Shown: one piece after another, positions 46,915 through 56,739 of the stretch
Layout: the number at the start of each line of letters is the position of its first letter
Numbering within the stretch: the first letter of the stretch is position 1
Assembly: GCA_022827725.1 (NCBI GenBank)
Contig: JAJEIJ010000029.1
Span: 6,215-70,214 of the forward strand
Length of the DNA: 64,000 nucleotides
Direction: 5' to 3'
Origin: Acidimicrobiia bacterium
GTDB lineage: Bacteria > Actinomycetota > Acidimicrobiia > Acidimicrobiales > Bin134
Notes under the pieces: generated by a model
What the model was told of the DNA's origin: nothing
Seen by the model: the letters and a program-made list of their open reading frames with translations, nothing else
Databases searched by the model: none
Made by a program: the position numbers and the translations under genes

Positions 46915-47823
46915 TCACTTCGAATTCGCATTGGCAGCAAGATCAAAGACCGGTTCGGGCAGGCCCTGCACTCCTACGTCCAAGGCCAGCAGCTCCCCGG
47001 GCTCGAACCCTTCGCGACCGGGCTCAGAAGGCGTTGTGCCCCCCATTCCGATAGTGGTGACGAACAGCGTTGAGAGGTCGGAGCCTCCAAAGGCGGGCAT
47101 CGACGGCTTCTGCACCGGGAGCTCGATTCGGCGATCAACGGCCCCTTCAGGGGTGATCCGGATGACAGCCCACCCGTAGACGGAGGCGGACCAATAGCAG
47201 CCGTCGGCATCGACGCACCCGCCATCGGGCTTGCCGGGCAAGTCCGTATAGTCCAGAAAGACCCGCTCATTGGAAATGTGGCCAGTGTCTAGGTCGTACT
47301 CGAACACTAGGACGCAATCCGTAGGAGTATCGGCAAAGTACATGCGCCGGCGGTCGGTATCGAAGGCCAATCCGTTGGTGACCCCGATGCCCGTACGGAG
47401 ACAGACCAACTCTCTGCCGCTTTCAATCCGATAGAGGGAGCCAGTGGATCTCCCGGCGTTCGTGTCGGCGTACATCGAGCCCACTACGTATCGGCCCATG
47501 GGATCGCAACGGCCATCGTTAAGTCGATTGCCGGTTCCCTCCTCCTTGATCTGGAGCCAACTTGCCACTGCGCCCGTGTCCCAATCGAGGACCACCAACT
47601 CGTGCTCGCAGGCCACGAGCAGCCGGTTGGGGTCGTTGGTAAGCACGAATGACCCGGGTCGGCCTGCGATCGGTCTTGACTCGGTCGCCTCGGTGGATGG
47701 GTCCAGGCGATGGATGGCCCGACCGTCGATATCGGCCCAATAAAGCACCTGTTGGCGGACACTCCACACCGGGCACTCTCCCAAAGTCGCGGGTGCATGG
47801 CTTACCGCCTCAATGGTTGTCAT
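46915..47823 (-). CDS. SMP-30/gluconolactonase/LRE-family protein
   Basis: LGECPVWSVRQQVLYWADI, NRLNDGRCDPMGR, TNGLAFD, DGGCVDADGCYW. ATG 47823 follows GGAGAA; the longer track ORF would cover the promoter element. Confidence 0.88.
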   Translation of the reverse strand: MTTIEAVSHAPATLGECPVWSVRQQVLYWADIDGRAIHRLDPSTEATESRPIAGRPGSFVLTNDPNRLLVACEHELVVLDWDTGAVASWLQIKEEGTGNRLNDGRCDPMGRYVVGSMYADTNAGRSTGSLYRIESGRELVCLRTGIGVTNGLAFDTDRRRMYFADTPTDCVLVFEYDLDTGHISNERVFLDYTDLPGKPDGGCVDADGCYWSASVYGWAVIRITPEGAVDRRIELPVQKPSMPAFGGSDLSTLFVTTIGMGGTTPSEPGREGFEPGELLALDVGVQGLPEPVFDLAANANSK

Positions 47824-47837
47824 AGCGTTCTCCGACG

Positions 47838-47866
47838 TTGACAAATTGACCACGTATTCATAACCT
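47838..47866 (+). promoter_or_regulatory. Promoter with embedded LacI-type operator (twin of 48903-48931)
   Basis: TTGACA, 17 nt, TAACCT. The spacer carries TGACCACGTATTCA (47847-47860), an imperfect palindrome with a central CG. Confidence 0.6.
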
Positions 47867-47900
47867 CCGGTCCGACCTGCCAGCAAGCGCCGGAGCACGT

Positions 47901-48869
47901 GTGAAGGGATTTGATCCGAAGTTCAGCGACCTGCCCGATTACATCCTCGGGATCACCAAGGAAATCTGGGAAGAGCGCGGCGTCGACTCGCTGTATCGCT
48001 ACTACGCACCGAAGATCGCGGTGCGATCACCCGACGGAGTAGTCGTCGGCAACGAGGGGGTAGTCAAGGCCACCATTGCCACGCTGGCTGAGTTTCCGGA
48101 TCGCCAGCTCCTCGGGGAGGACGTGATCTGGAGCGGAGACGAGGAAAGCGGTTTCTTGTCGTCACATCGCATCTTGTCTACTGCGACCCATCTAGGCGAT
48201 GGCGTGTATGGAAAGGCGAGCGGAATCAGCTTGAGATACCGAATAATCGCCGACTGCGCTTGTCGGGAAAATCAGGTCTACGACGAGTGGCTCATAAGAG
48301 ATCAGGGGGCGGTAGTCCGCCAGCTCGGGATGGACCCCAAGCGCTATGCGTCAGACCGGATCATCGAAGAAGGCGGTTTTGGAAAAGCCAATAAGCCGTT
48401 CAATCCGGCGGTTGACGTCGATGCCATCTACCAGGGGACTGGGAATGATCACGAGGTAGGCATCCAGTATTCCGAGGCCATAAGTCAAGTGATCGACGGC
48501 AATCTGGCGGTGATACCAAAGGTGTATGACCGGGCCGCGCACCTGGAATTGCCCGGCGGCCAGACTGGGCACGGCTGGAGCGATGCCGACGCTTTCTGGC
48601 TCGCTCTGCGGAGCGCATTCCCCGATGCGGAATTCCGCATCCACCACGTCATCGGGCGCAGCGATTCCGGTATGTCGCCGCGGGCCGCATTGCGCTGGTC
48701 GCTCGACGGCAGGCACGCTGGGTGGGGGATGTTCGGAAGGCCGACAGGAGCGCCTGTTCACGTCATGGGATTGAGCCATGCCGAATTCGGTCCGTGGGGA
48801 CTGCGGCGCGAGTACGTGCTGTTCGACGAGACCTCCATCTGGAAGCAGATCCTGTTGCACTCTGGCTGA
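47901..48869 (+). CDS. Tandem SnoaL-like (predicted ester cyclase / NTF2-fold) protein, paralogue 1
   Basis: 322 aa with two SnoaL-type halves. Each ends in a ...EW...D...QLG-like motif (VYDEWLIRDQGAVVRQLG; REYVLFDETSIWKQIL). Confidence 0.65.
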   Translation: MKGFDPKFSDLPDYILGITKEIWEERGVDSLYRYYAPKIAVRSPDGVVVGNEGVVKATIATLAEFPDRQLLGEDVIWSGDEESGFLSSHRILSTATHLGDGVYGKASGISLRYRIIADCACRENQVYDEWLIRDQGAVVRQLGMDPKRYASDRIIEEGGFGKANKPFNPAVDVDAIYQGTGNDHEVGIQYSEAISQVIDGNLAVIPKVYDRAAHLELPGGQTGHGWSDADAFWLALRSAFPDAEFRIHHVIGRSDSGMSPRAALRWSLDGRHAGWGMFGRPTGAPVHVMGLSHAEFGPWGLRREYVLFDETSIWKQILLHSG

Positions 48870-48902
48870 GCGGAGGCAGATGAAGCTGGTGGCGTGCGCG
48901 GT

Positions 48903-48931
48903 TTGACAGAATGACTACGTATTCATAGTGT
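48903..48931 (+). promoter_or_regulatory. Promoter with embedded LacI-type operator; predicts a leaderless lacI-family mRNA
   Basis: TTGACA, 17 nt, TAGTGT. The spacer carries TGACTACGTATTCA (48912-48925; 6 of 7 palindromic pairs). GTG 48939 lies 7 nt after the -10 element. Confidence 0.6.
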
Positions 48932-48938
48932 CGCATCC

Positions 48939-49994
48939 GTGGGGGGCAAAGCCGGGGCGGCATCCTCTTCTCTAACGCGGACCCAATCGCAGGCCAACCA
49001 TCGGGTTACCTCGGTTGATGTGGCGGCCGAAAGCGGTGTTTCGCAGACAACGGTCGCCCGGGTGTTCTCATCGCCTGACAAGGTTTCACCGGCCACACGA
49101 GAGAGAGTTCGGGCAGCCGCAGAACGGCTGGGCTACGTGCCCAACGCCATTGCCAGGAGCCTCAAGTCGCAAAGGACCAACATCGTGGGTGCTGTGGTGC
49201 CTGCCTACGGTGAGTATTGGCAGAGCGTTCTGGCCGAGTTCTCCCGCCAGTTGGCCGAACGCTCATACCAATTGCTGGTGTTCAGCTTCGGAACACCGAG
49301 AGATGTCGATGGGGCGTTGGCCTCAGTTGCGCAGTACCGCCTTGACGGTGTCGTACTGGCATCAGCCACTATTGGCCAGGCCCAAATGGTGGGGATGCGC
49401 TCCTCGGAACGGCCTTCGGTTGCTTTCAACCAGCCGGCCGCAGAAGGCGTGGTGCCCTCAGTGTCGGTTGACAACGAGGCGGGGATGTCAGAGCTGGCCG
49501 AGCATCTTGTCAAGCTGGGAATAGATACTGCGGCGTACATCGGTGGCGTGTCATCGGCTTCGACCGACCAGGTGCGGTACCGAGGAGCTGTGCAGACCCT
49601 GGCTGAGCATGGGGTTGCTTGTCCCTATATCGAAGCAGGTGCCTATACCTACGATGCCGGATACAAGGCCGCCGCCCAGTTGGCGCTGAGAGACCGATTG
49701 CCCGATGCAGTGATGGTGGGCAGCGATGAAGTGGCCTTTGGCGTTCTTGACGGGCTGGCCAATGCGGGCATCTCTGTACCCGGTGACCTGTTGCTCACCG
49801 GGTTCGACGGGCTCCCTCAAGCAAGTTGGGCCGGATACGACCTGACCACGCTGGTGCAGACCACCGACGTACTCGTGGCTCGGGCCATTGATGTGTTGAT
49901 GGCCCCTGGTGCCGGCCCGCAGGAAAAGCCGGCTTCAATCGTCGTTCCCGGATCTATCCGTGTTGGCAAGACAACGAGGAAGTCCAGTGTCTGA
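48939..49994 (+). CDS. LacI-family transcriptional regulator
   Basis: [25 protein letters not shown]...[23 protein letters not shown] plus a periplasmic-binding-fold effector domain. Confidence 0.92.
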   Translation: MGGKAGAASSSLTRTQSQANHRVTSVDVAAESGVSQTTVARVFSSPDKVSPATRERVRAAAERLGYVPNAIARSLKSQRTNIVGAVVPAYGEYWQSVLAEFSRQLAERSYQLLVFSFGTPRDVDGALASVAQYRLDGVVLASATIGQAQMVGMRSSERPSVAFNQPAAEGVVPSVSVDNEAGMSELAEHLVKLGIDTAAYIGGVSSASTDQVRYRGAVQTLAEHGVACPYIEAGAYTYDAGYKAAAQLALRDRLPDAVMVGSDEVAFGVLDGLANAGISVPGDLLLTGFDGLPQASWAGYDLTTLVQTTDVLVARAIDVLMAPGAGPQEKPASIVVPGSIRVGKTTRKSSV

Positions 49995-51270
49995 GATCCT
50001 CAAAGCCGCGGCGGCCAAAACCTCTCACGGCTCCGACCCAGAGCTTTCTGAGCGGGTCCGTTCCTTGATCGCTGAGATTGAGGCCCGGGGCGAAGCCGCG
50101 GTACGGGAGATGTCGAGCCAATTCGACGATTGGACCCCAGAGCAGTTCCGACTGAGCCCAGGGGAAATCGACAGGATCGTCTCCGGAGTCGATGACAGCA
50201 CGGCAGAAGACATCAAATTCGCCCAGTCCCAGATTCGGAACTTCGCCCAAGCCCAGCTTGAATCCATCAGCGACACCGAGGTTGAGACCATGCCCGGGGT
50301 TGTCCTGGGGCACAAGAACATCCCAGTCGAGTCTGTGGGGGCATACGTCCCGGGCGGACGCTACCCAATGGTGGCCTCGGCCCACATGAGCGTGCTCACT
50401 GCCAAGGTGGCCGGCGTGTCGCGTGTGGCGGCCTGTACTCCTCCAATCGGGGGGACGGTGCCCGCTGAGACGGTGGCGGCCATGCATTTTGCCGGAGCAG
50501 ATGAGATATATCTGCTGGGCGGGGTTCAAGCAGTGGCCTCACTGGCACTGGGAACCGAGTTCGTCGATCCCGTCGACGTGCTGGTCGGACCAGGGAATGC
50601 CTACGTGGCCGAAGCCAAGCGCCAACTCTACGGACGAGTCGGCATCGACCTTCCGGCCGGACCCACCGAGACTCTCTTGCTGGCCGACGACACGGTGGAC
50701 GGAGAGATCTGCGCCACCGACCTGCTTGGGCAAGCCGAACACGGTCCAACCTCGCCCGCGGTGTTGCTCACCACATCCCGCCAACTCGGTTTGGACACCA
50801 TTGAAGAGGTCGAGCGCCAGCTGAAGACCCTTCCCACCGCGGATGTTGCTTCGACGGCTTGGGCTGACTACGGCCGAGTGGTGGTCTGTAAAGACAAGGA
50901 AGAGATGCTGGAGATGGCCAATGAGCTGGCCTTCGAGCATGTCCAGGTCATGACCTCGGATGACGACTACTTCTTGGAGCGTTTGACCAACTACGGCGCC
51001 CTGTTCCTGGGCCCGATGACGAACGTGTCCTACGGCGACAAGGTGATCGGGACGAACCACACCCTTCCCACCCAGGGCGCAGCCCGCTACACCGGTGGCC
51101 TCTGGGTGGGGAAGTTCATCAAGACAGTGACCTACCAGCGAGTCACTGAGCCGAGTTCCAGCGCTCTGATTGGGGAATACTGTAGCCGGCTGTGCGCCAT
51201 TGAGAATTTCGCCGGACACCAGGCTCAAGCCGATATCCGCGTCAAGCGGTACGGGGGAGTCCGAGCATGA
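49987..51270 (+). CDS. Histidinol-dehydrogenase-family (HisD-like) NAD-dependent 4-electron dehydrogenase
   Basis: [43 protein letters not shown] 49987 overlaps the lacI stop by 8 nt. The context is not histidine biosynthesis. Confidence 0.8.
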   Translation: MSEILKAAAAKTSHGSDPELSERVRSLIAEIEARGEAAVREMSSQFDDWTPEQFRLSPGEIDRIVSGVDDSTAEDIKFAQSQIRNFAQAQLESISDTEVETMPGVVLGHKNIPVESVGAYVPGGRYPMVASAHMSVLTAKVAGVSRVAACTPPIGGTVPAETVAAMHFAGADEIYLLGGVQAVASLALGTEFVDPVDVLVGPGNAYVAEAKRQLYGRVGIDLPAGPTETLLLADDTVDGEICATDLLGQAEHGPTSPAVLLTTSRQLGLDTIEEVERQLKTLPTADVASTAWADYGRVVVCKDKEEMLEMANELAFEHVQVMTSDDDYFLERLTNYGALFLGPMTNVSYGDKVIGTNHTLPTQGAARYTGGLWVGKFIKTVTYQRVTEPSSSALIGEYCSRLCAIENFAGHQAQADIRVKRYGGVRA

Positions 51271-52004
51271 AGACGGCGGTCGTCACCGGGGCAAGCGGCG
51301 GAATCGGATCAGCCATTGCTCATCGCCTGGCCGCCGACGGCTTCTCCGTGGTGGCTGGATACCACCGCTCTGCCGAGCGGGCTGAATCTCTGGTGGCCCA
51401 ACTACCCGGCCACGGCCATCAAGCAAAGAGGATCGCGGTGCTCGAACCGGAGTCGCTCGTCAGTCTTGCCCACACGCTGGCGGAATCGCCGGGCTCGCTG
51501 GACGTGCTCGTCAACTGCGCCGGCGTGACTCGACCAGTGCCCCACGACGACCTCGACGCGCTGGACGACTCGACAATCGACGAGATCTTCGCGACCAACT
51601 GGCGCGGTTCATTCGCCGCCATCCGGGCCCTGCGTCCTCTGCTGGACAAGGCCGACGGAGCGGTCGTGGTCAACATCTCATCGGTGGCCGCCGTCACCGG
51701 TCAGGGGTCAAACGTCGCCTACTGCGCATCCAAAGCGGCGCTCGACAGCATGACCCGATCGCTGGCGCGGGCATTGGCCCCTTCGGTGCGCGTGGTGTCG
51801 GTGTCCCCCGGGTGGGTTCTGGGGGAGTACGCCGACAAGATGCCCCCAGAATTCATTGATGCCCAGCGTGTGGCCACACCCCTGGATCGCCTGGCCACTG
51901 TCGAAGATGTGGCTCGTGCGGTGAGCGCGGTGGTCAGCGATCTGCCATTTACTACCGGCGCGATCATCAGCGTCGACGGTGGTCGGCCCCTGGGGGTGGC
52001 ATGA
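51267..52004 (+). CDS. Short-chain dehydrogenase/reductase
   Basis: [26 protein letters not shown] overlaps at both ends. Confidence 0.9.
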   Translation: MKTAVVTGASGGIGSAIAHRLAADGFSVVAGYHRSAERAESLVAQLPGHGHQAKRIAVLEPESLVSLAHTLAESPGSLDVLVNCAGVTRPVPHDDLDALDDSTIDEIFATNWRGSFAAIRALRPLLDKADGAVVVNISSVAAVTGQGSNVAYCASKAALDSMTRSLARALAPSVRVVSVSPGWVLGEYADKMPPEFIDAQRVATPLDRLATVEDVARAVSAVVSDLPFTTGAIISVDGGRPLGVA

Positions 52005-53140
52005 GCGACCATCGCACCTCCGAGGCGGTGATCGAGCCGCAAGACTTCGCCCGTCGGGTGATCCAACCGGCTGATTTCATGGCCGACACCGAGGCATTCG
52101 TGGATGTGCGGCTTCCCCGATCAGCGGGTAAAGCCAGCTACTCGTTCATCGGGCCGGGGGTTTCGCAAAACACCGACCAGACGGTCAATCTCACTGAGCC
52201 ACACGGCTTCCAAATCGGCGCGGCCAGCATGGGCCACGGGGTGGTCAACAACCAGCACCTGCATTTCACCGCTGAGGTCCTGATCTGCACTAGAGGCCAA
52301 TGGCGGGTGAACATCGGCGAACACGCTGAGCAGCAATTGGAGATCTCACCCGGCACCGTGTTCTCCGCTCCGAATTGGGTATTCCGAGGATTTGAGAACA
52401 TCGGCCCCGACGACGGCTGGCTCTTCACCGTGCTAGGCGGTGACGACACGGGCGGCATCATTTGGGCACCCGACGTGCTTCGCGATGCGGCTCAGACCGG
52501 CCTGTATTTGAAGGCCGACTACTCGCTGCTCGATGCCAGCAACGGGGAGCCTCCAGAGGACGTCATACTCCCTCTGGATCCCGAACTGCTCAGCGGTGTG
52601 GATGACTACTCCGATGACGAGCTCGCGGCCCGAACTGTGGCGAAGGAAGACCTCCAATGGTCAGCTAGCGCGTTGTTGTCAAGCGTGCTGTCGGGTCACG
52701 ACACTGCTCTGGCGCCGGTAATCGGCTACGGCTTGACCGAGGATCGGCACCATAGGGCACCCATCGCCACCCCCCATGGCTTCTCCGTGGAGTGGCTCCG
52801 CATCGCGCCCGGCGCCTCCACCGGAATCCATCGCCATGGGCACAGCCAGGTAGTGCTGATCGACGAGGGCCATTGGGAGATTGCTGTTAATCGCGGCGAT
52901 GACGCCATTAGCGCCTCACCGGCAGAGGGTTCGGTGGTTTCCATTCCCCCCGGTGTGTGGCGAAATCTGAAGAACTGCGGAACCTCCCAAGCTCTCGCCC
53001 TTGTGGTCTGTGCCACCGACCAGAGGGCTGGCATCGAATGGGATCCAGACATTGTGACCGCGGCCGAACTCTGCGGCTGGAGTCACGACGCCGCGGGCTA
53101 TTTGGCGCCAACAGCGCTGCTTGGAAGGCCGCCGAAGTGA
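52001..53140 (+). CDS. Bicupin protein
   Basis: 379 aa with two cupin cores: NNQHLHFTAEVLICTRGQWRVNIG and GIHRHGHSQVVLIDEGHWEIAVN. Confidence 0.65.
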   Translation: MSDHRTSEAVIEPQDFARRVIQPADFMADTEAFVDVRLPRSAGKASYSFIGPGVSQNTDQTVNLTEPHGFQIGAASMGHGVVNNQHLHFTAEVLICTRGQWRVNIGEHAEQQLEISPGTVFSAPNWVFRGFENIGPDDGWLFTVLGGDDTGGIIWAPDVLRDAAQTGLYLKADYSLLDASNGEPPEDVILPLDPELLSGVDDYSDDELAARTVAKEDLQWSASALLSSVLSGHDTALAPVIGYGLTEDRHHRAPIATPHGFSVEWLRIAPGASTGIHRHGHSQVVLIDEGHWEIAVNRGDDAISASPAEGSVVSIPPGVWRNLKNCGTSQALALVVCATDQRAGIEWDPDIVTAAELCGWSHDAAGYLAPTALLGRPPK

Positions 53141-53157
53141 CCACGTCAAAGATCTAC

Positions 53158-53165
53158 CTACGTAG
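53158..53165. promoter_or_regulatory. CTACGTAG palindrome upstream of the second SBP gene (possible weak third LacI site)
   Basis: Shares the inner CTACGTA core of the 48912-48925 operator; the outer arms are not conserved. Confidence 0.2.
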
Positions 53166-53195
53166 AAAAACAACAACCAAGGAGGGGTTACACCC

Positions 53196-54665
53196 ATGAG
53201 TACACAACATCGCAGGTGGTGGCGGATCTTCGCCATCTTCCTTGCCTTCACCCTCGTTGTCGCGGCCTGCGGCAACGACGACGATGATGATACGGGCACG
53301 GCATCTGGTGATACCGGCACTGAGGAGCAGGCACCTGCCCCGGAACCAGAGCCGGAGCAGGAAGAGGCGCCCGAGCAAGAAGAAGCACCGGCCCCTGAAC
53401 CCGAGGATGAGCCCGAGCCTGAAGAGCAGGCCCCGGAGCCGGAGATGATGATCATCTCCGACGAATGCGCCATTCCGGACCCGAGTGATTCCATCGAAAT
53501 CGACGTCATGGGCTGGGAGTTCCCAATCATCACCCAGTATGCCGACGAGCTCGACGACTGTGAAGAGGGCAACTATTCCTTCAACTATCAGTTCCTCGAC
53601 TCGGTTGAGGCCCGCAACGCCATGACTCAGGATGCGGCATCGGGCTCGCCGAGCTTCGAGCTCTACCAGGGTTCGAACGCATTCATCAGCGAACTGGCTA
53701 ACCAGGGATTCGTCCGGCCGCTGAACGACCTGGTGGACAAGTACCGGGACGAGTACAACCTCGACCAGATCGATGAGGCCTTCTGGAATATGGCGTCGCT
53801 CGACGGCAACATCTACGCCATTCCCATGGTGTCCAACACCATGCACGTGTTCTACAACGAGCCGGCTCTCTCCGAGCTGGGCCTCGATGTGCCGACCACA
53901 TTCGACGAGGCGTTCCAGACCTGCGCAGCCATCCAAGACGCCGGATACGACATCGGCTTCTTGTACATGCTGTCTGCGGGCTGGGCCTGGCAGATCGAGT
54001 TCGACAGCGTTCTCGGATCACTGGGCCAGACCTCAATCGATCCCGTGACCGGCCAGCCGAACTTCAACAGCCCCGAGGGCATCGAGGCGGCAACCCTCTT
54101 GCAGCGCATGTGGCAAGAGTGCGCGCCAGATGCAGCCGGCTCCTACAGCACCGATGACGTACAGGCTGCGTTCCAGACTGGCGAGGCCATCCTGGGCCAT
54201 ACCTGGGCTTCCCGAGCTGGTGCCATGGACGATCCCGAGGCCTCAACAGTGGTCGGCGAGATCCAGTTCGCCCCCGCTCTCGGCACCGGCGGCAGCACTC
54301 TGGCCGCTCCGGCCTACATCGACGGTTGGATGATCCCCGCCAATACTCCTGAGGACAGGGTCGAGGCGATTTTCCTGGCCATGCTGGCCGCCACCGACCT
54401 GGAGAGCCAGGAAGCTGCTGCTCAGTTCGGACTGGTTACCCGCACAGGTGTGAGCCACCCCGAAGGCCCGCGCGACGCGGCCGCCGCCGAGGCCAGCCTT
54501 GTGAATGGCCGAGGTGCCGATCTCACCCACCCGGCTGCGGGCATCGCCCGAGCCAAGCTGGGTGAGGCTCTGGTCACCATCCTCGACGGCGCTTCTGTCG
54601 AAGAGGCATTGGCGGCTGCTGAGGAGGCTTACCTCGCCGAAGCCGCAGAGCAGGGTCTGCTCTAG
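53196..54665 (+). CDS. ABC transporter substrate-binding lipoprotein (family 1, CUT1 type)
   Basis: Signal peptide with lipobox VVAACG, a 57-aa acidic E/P/A/Q linker, then an SBP_bac_1-like body. ATG follows AAGGAGGGG. Confidence 0.9.
   Translation: MSTQHRRWWRIFAIFLAFTLVVAACGNDDDDDTGTASGDTGTEEQAPAPEPEPEQEEAPEQEEAPAPEPEDEPEPEEQAPEPEMMIISDECAIPDPSDSIEIDVMGWEFPIITQYADELDDCEEGNYSFNYQFLDSVEARNAMTQDAASGSPSFELYQGSNAFISELANQGFVRPLNDLVDKYRDEYNLDQIDEAFWNMASLDGNIYAIPMVSNTMHVFYNEPALSELGLDVPTTFDEAFQTCAAIQDAGYDIGFLYMLSAGWAWQIEFDSVLGSLGQTSIDPVTGQPNFNSPEGIEAATLLQRMWQECAPDAAGSYSTDDVQAAFQTGEAILGHTWASRAGAMDDPEASTVVGEIQFAPALGTGGSTLAAPAYIDGWMIPANTPEDRVEAIFLAMLAATDLESQEAAAQFGLVTRTGVSHPEGPRDAAAAEASLVNGRGADLTHPAAGIARAKLGEALVTILDGASVEEALAAAEEAYLAEAAEQGLL
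53274..53444 (+). repeat. Low-complexity acidic Pro/Glu/Ala-rich linker coding region
   Basis: Encodes NDDDDDTGTASGDTGTEEQAPAPEPEPEQEEAPEQEEAPAPEPEDEPEPEEQAPEPE, with degenerate EEAP/EPEP repeats. The SBP at 5900-6049 has an analogous linker. Confidence 0.7.
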
Positions 54666-54710
54666 GCCTGACAGTTTTGCTCTAACGGGCAACATCAATT
54701 CCCCCTCCTG

Positions 54711-54739
54711 CGGGGCGGCGTCCATGAGGCGCCGCCCCG
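54711..54739 (+). other. GC-rich stem-loop between the SBP and permease genes
   Basis: cggggcggcg (54711-54720) pairs with cgccgccccg (54730-54739). 9-nt loop and no T-tract. Confidence 0.45.
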
Positions 54740-54790
54740 TACGGGGATGGGGGATAATTCGCCGTACCAACGGCAGAAAACAGGGGGAAA

Positions 54791-55657
54791 ATGAATAGAC
54801 GCACCTTCTGGGGATTCACGGTACCCAGCGTGATCGTGATGCTGGCCCTGATGGTCTTTCCGCTCATCACGACAGTGTGGCTGGGCTTCCAGAAGCTGCT
54901 CTTACGCGACCTGAACAACCCCCAGTGGATCGGATTCGACAACTACACGGATGTGTTGACCGATCCGGAGTTCTGGGCCGCCTTCCGGTTCACGATGGTG
55001 TTTGTGGCCATCGTGGTGCCGGTCACAATGGTGATGGGCTTGGGCGTCGCTTTGCTTCTCGACCGGGTCGGCCGGGGCCGCAGCTTGTATATGGCGGCCC
55101 TTCTCCTCCCGTTCATCGTTACCCCTGTGGTGGGATCGCTCGTCTACAAGGATTTGTTCGAACGAGGCGGTTTGATTGCCTGGCTTTGGGAGGTGATCAC
55201 CGACGATCCCTTCGCGGTTGACGCCAGCAATGTGAAGTGGCTGATCATCATCCAGTCGATCTGGTACGTCATGCCGTTCGCCATGATCACCTTCTTTGCC
55301 GGGCTCCAGACGCTCCCCGAGGAGCGGGTGGAAGCCGCTGCCATTGATGGGGCCAACTTTCTGCGGAATTTGTGGCATGTGATCTTGCCCCACTTGAGAG
55401 TGCTTATCTTGTTCGTGGGGCTGATCACCATCATGGACGCCTACCGGGTGTACGACCAGGTGTTTGTCTGGACCGGGAACCGCTTTACCGATGCCCACAC
55501 CCTGTCGGTCTACAACGTGCGCGTGGCTACGGCCTACGACATCGGGAGGCTGGGGAAAGGCAATGCCATCGCGGTGTTGAATGTGATCGGCATCTTCGTG
55601 GTTCTCATCCCGTTCTTGTGGCGCAGCTATAAGGACCAGATTGAGGAGAGGACCTGA
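54791..55657 (+). CDS. ABC transporter permease (MalF/UgpA type)
   Basis: EAA loop EERVEAAAIDGANFLRNLWHVILPHLR and six hydrophobic segments. Confidence 0.9.
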   Translation: MNRRTFWGFTVPSVIVMLALMVFPLITTVWLGFQKLLLRDLNNPQWIGFDNYTDVLTDPEFWAAFRFTMVFVAIVVPVTMVMGLGVALLLDRVGRGRSLYMAALLLPFIVTPVVGSLVYKDLFERGGLIAWLWEVITDDPFAVDASNVKWLIIIQSIWYVMPFAMITFFAGLQTLPEERVEAAAIDGANFLRNLWHVILPHLRVLILFVGLITIMDAYRVYDQVFVWTGNRFTDAHTLSVYNVRVATAYDIGRLGKGNAIAVLNVIGIFVVLIPFLWRSYKDQIEERT

Positions 55658-55662
55658 TCGGT

Positions 55663-56739
55663 ATGCGCCGGTCAACGCGCCTCTCCCGAGTCGGCCTCCA
55701 CGCCACGATGTTGGTGCTGGTGGCGTGGAGCGTCCTCCCGTTCTTGTGGACCTTCCAGACCTCCATCAAGTTCACCCGCGACGTAGCCGCCAAAAAGCCC
55801 GTGCTTTGGGGCTACGAAACCACCGCCAACGCCTACCGGGCATTTTGGCTGGACGAAGACGACATCAACATGTGGAGCGTCTTGGTCTACATATTGGCGG
55901 TTGCAGTGATCTGCCTCATCCTCGGCCAAATCGGCAAACGCGTCCGGCACAGTTGGCCCTGGTTCACCGCGGCGGTGGGCGTGATTTTTGTCGCCCTCTG
56001 GCGATTTCCGAGGATCTGGGAAGTTAACGACGAATACGACTTCTTGATCAACAGCATCGTGGTCACCGTGCTCACCATGCTCATCTCCCTGTCTATCGGG
56101 CTACTGGCCGGCTATGGGTTGGCTCGGTACACCGGTATCTCGGGAGCAGTGATTCTGATCGTGGCCCTAGGATTTCGCGCCCTGCCTCGCACTGCGTTCG
56201 TCCTTCCGTACTTCTTCGGCGCCAAAGAGATCGACGACTGGCTGGCCAGCAGCGGCGTCGGTTCATGGGACTTTCCCTTCATTGACTTCCCCGGGATCGA
56301 CACCCTCCAGATACTCGATACTCGCCTCGCCATCGTGTTAGCCCTGGTTGCGGTCAACCAGCCGTTCACCATTTGGATGTTCCGCAGCTTTTTCATGGAG
56401 GTACCGAAGGAGATCGGGGAAGCGGCGATGATGGACGGGGCCACCCGGCTCCAGGCGTTTCGCAGAGTGATCATCCCGATGATGTGGCCGGCGATCATCG
56501 CCACTGGCCTGTTCACCATGCTCTTGGCCTACAACGAATACTTGTTTGTACGGGTGCTGGCCCCAACAGAATGGACTTTGCCCGTGGCGATCGTGTCGCT
56601 CACCGGGGGCGAGAGCTCTCGCACTATCACCGAGGCCGCGGCGGCCTCGGTGTCGATCACGCTGCCCATCGTGGTGGTCATCATCTTGTTCCAGAAACAT
56701 CTCGTGAAAGGGCTCGGCGCGGGCGCCGTGAAAGGCTGA
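55663..56739 (+). CDS. ABC transporter permease (MalG/UgpE type, with extra loop insertions)
   Basis: EAA loop GEAAMMDGATRLQAFRRVIIPMMWP. 358 aa versus 298 aa for the first-operon homologue. Confidence 0.88.
   Translation: MRRSTRLSRVGLHATMLVLVAWSVLPFLWTFQTSIKFTRDVAAKKPVLWGYETTANAYRAFWLDEDDINMWSVLVYILAVAVICLILGQIGKRVRHSWPWFTAAVGVIFVALWRFPRIWEVNDEYDFLINSIVVTVLTMLISLSIGLLAGYGLARYTGISGAVILIVALGFRALPRTAFVLPYFFGAKEIDDWLASSGVGSWDFPFIDFPGIDTLQILDTRLAIVLALVAVNQPFTIWMFRSFFMEVPKEIGEAAMMDGATRLQAFRRVIIPMMWPAIIATGLFTMLLAYNEYLFVRVLAPTEWTLPVAIVSLTGGESSRTITEAAAASVSITLPIVVVIILFQKHLVKGLGAGAVKG

Noticed and set aside
2444-51270. An 'organosulfur' theme: sulfatase 2444, ThDP enzyme 4017 (Xsc-like?), TauD 26598, TauE/SafE-like 39923, HpsN-like HisD 49987
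   Set aside because: The genes are scattered over separate operons and strands. Each family has many non-sulfur functions, and none can be assigned to a sulfonate substrate by eye. It is not treated as one system.
53274-53444. Repetitive GAG/CCN-rich DNA as a possible tandem repeat or CRISPR-like array
   Set aside because: It lies in frame inside the SBP gene and encodes an acidic linker. The repeats are degenerate, with no repeat-spacer regularity.
53154-53936. 260-aa minus-strand ORF
   Set aside because: It is antisense to the SBP gene and its acidic linker, giving a mirror-image low-complexity R/L/F-rich translation. No independent support.
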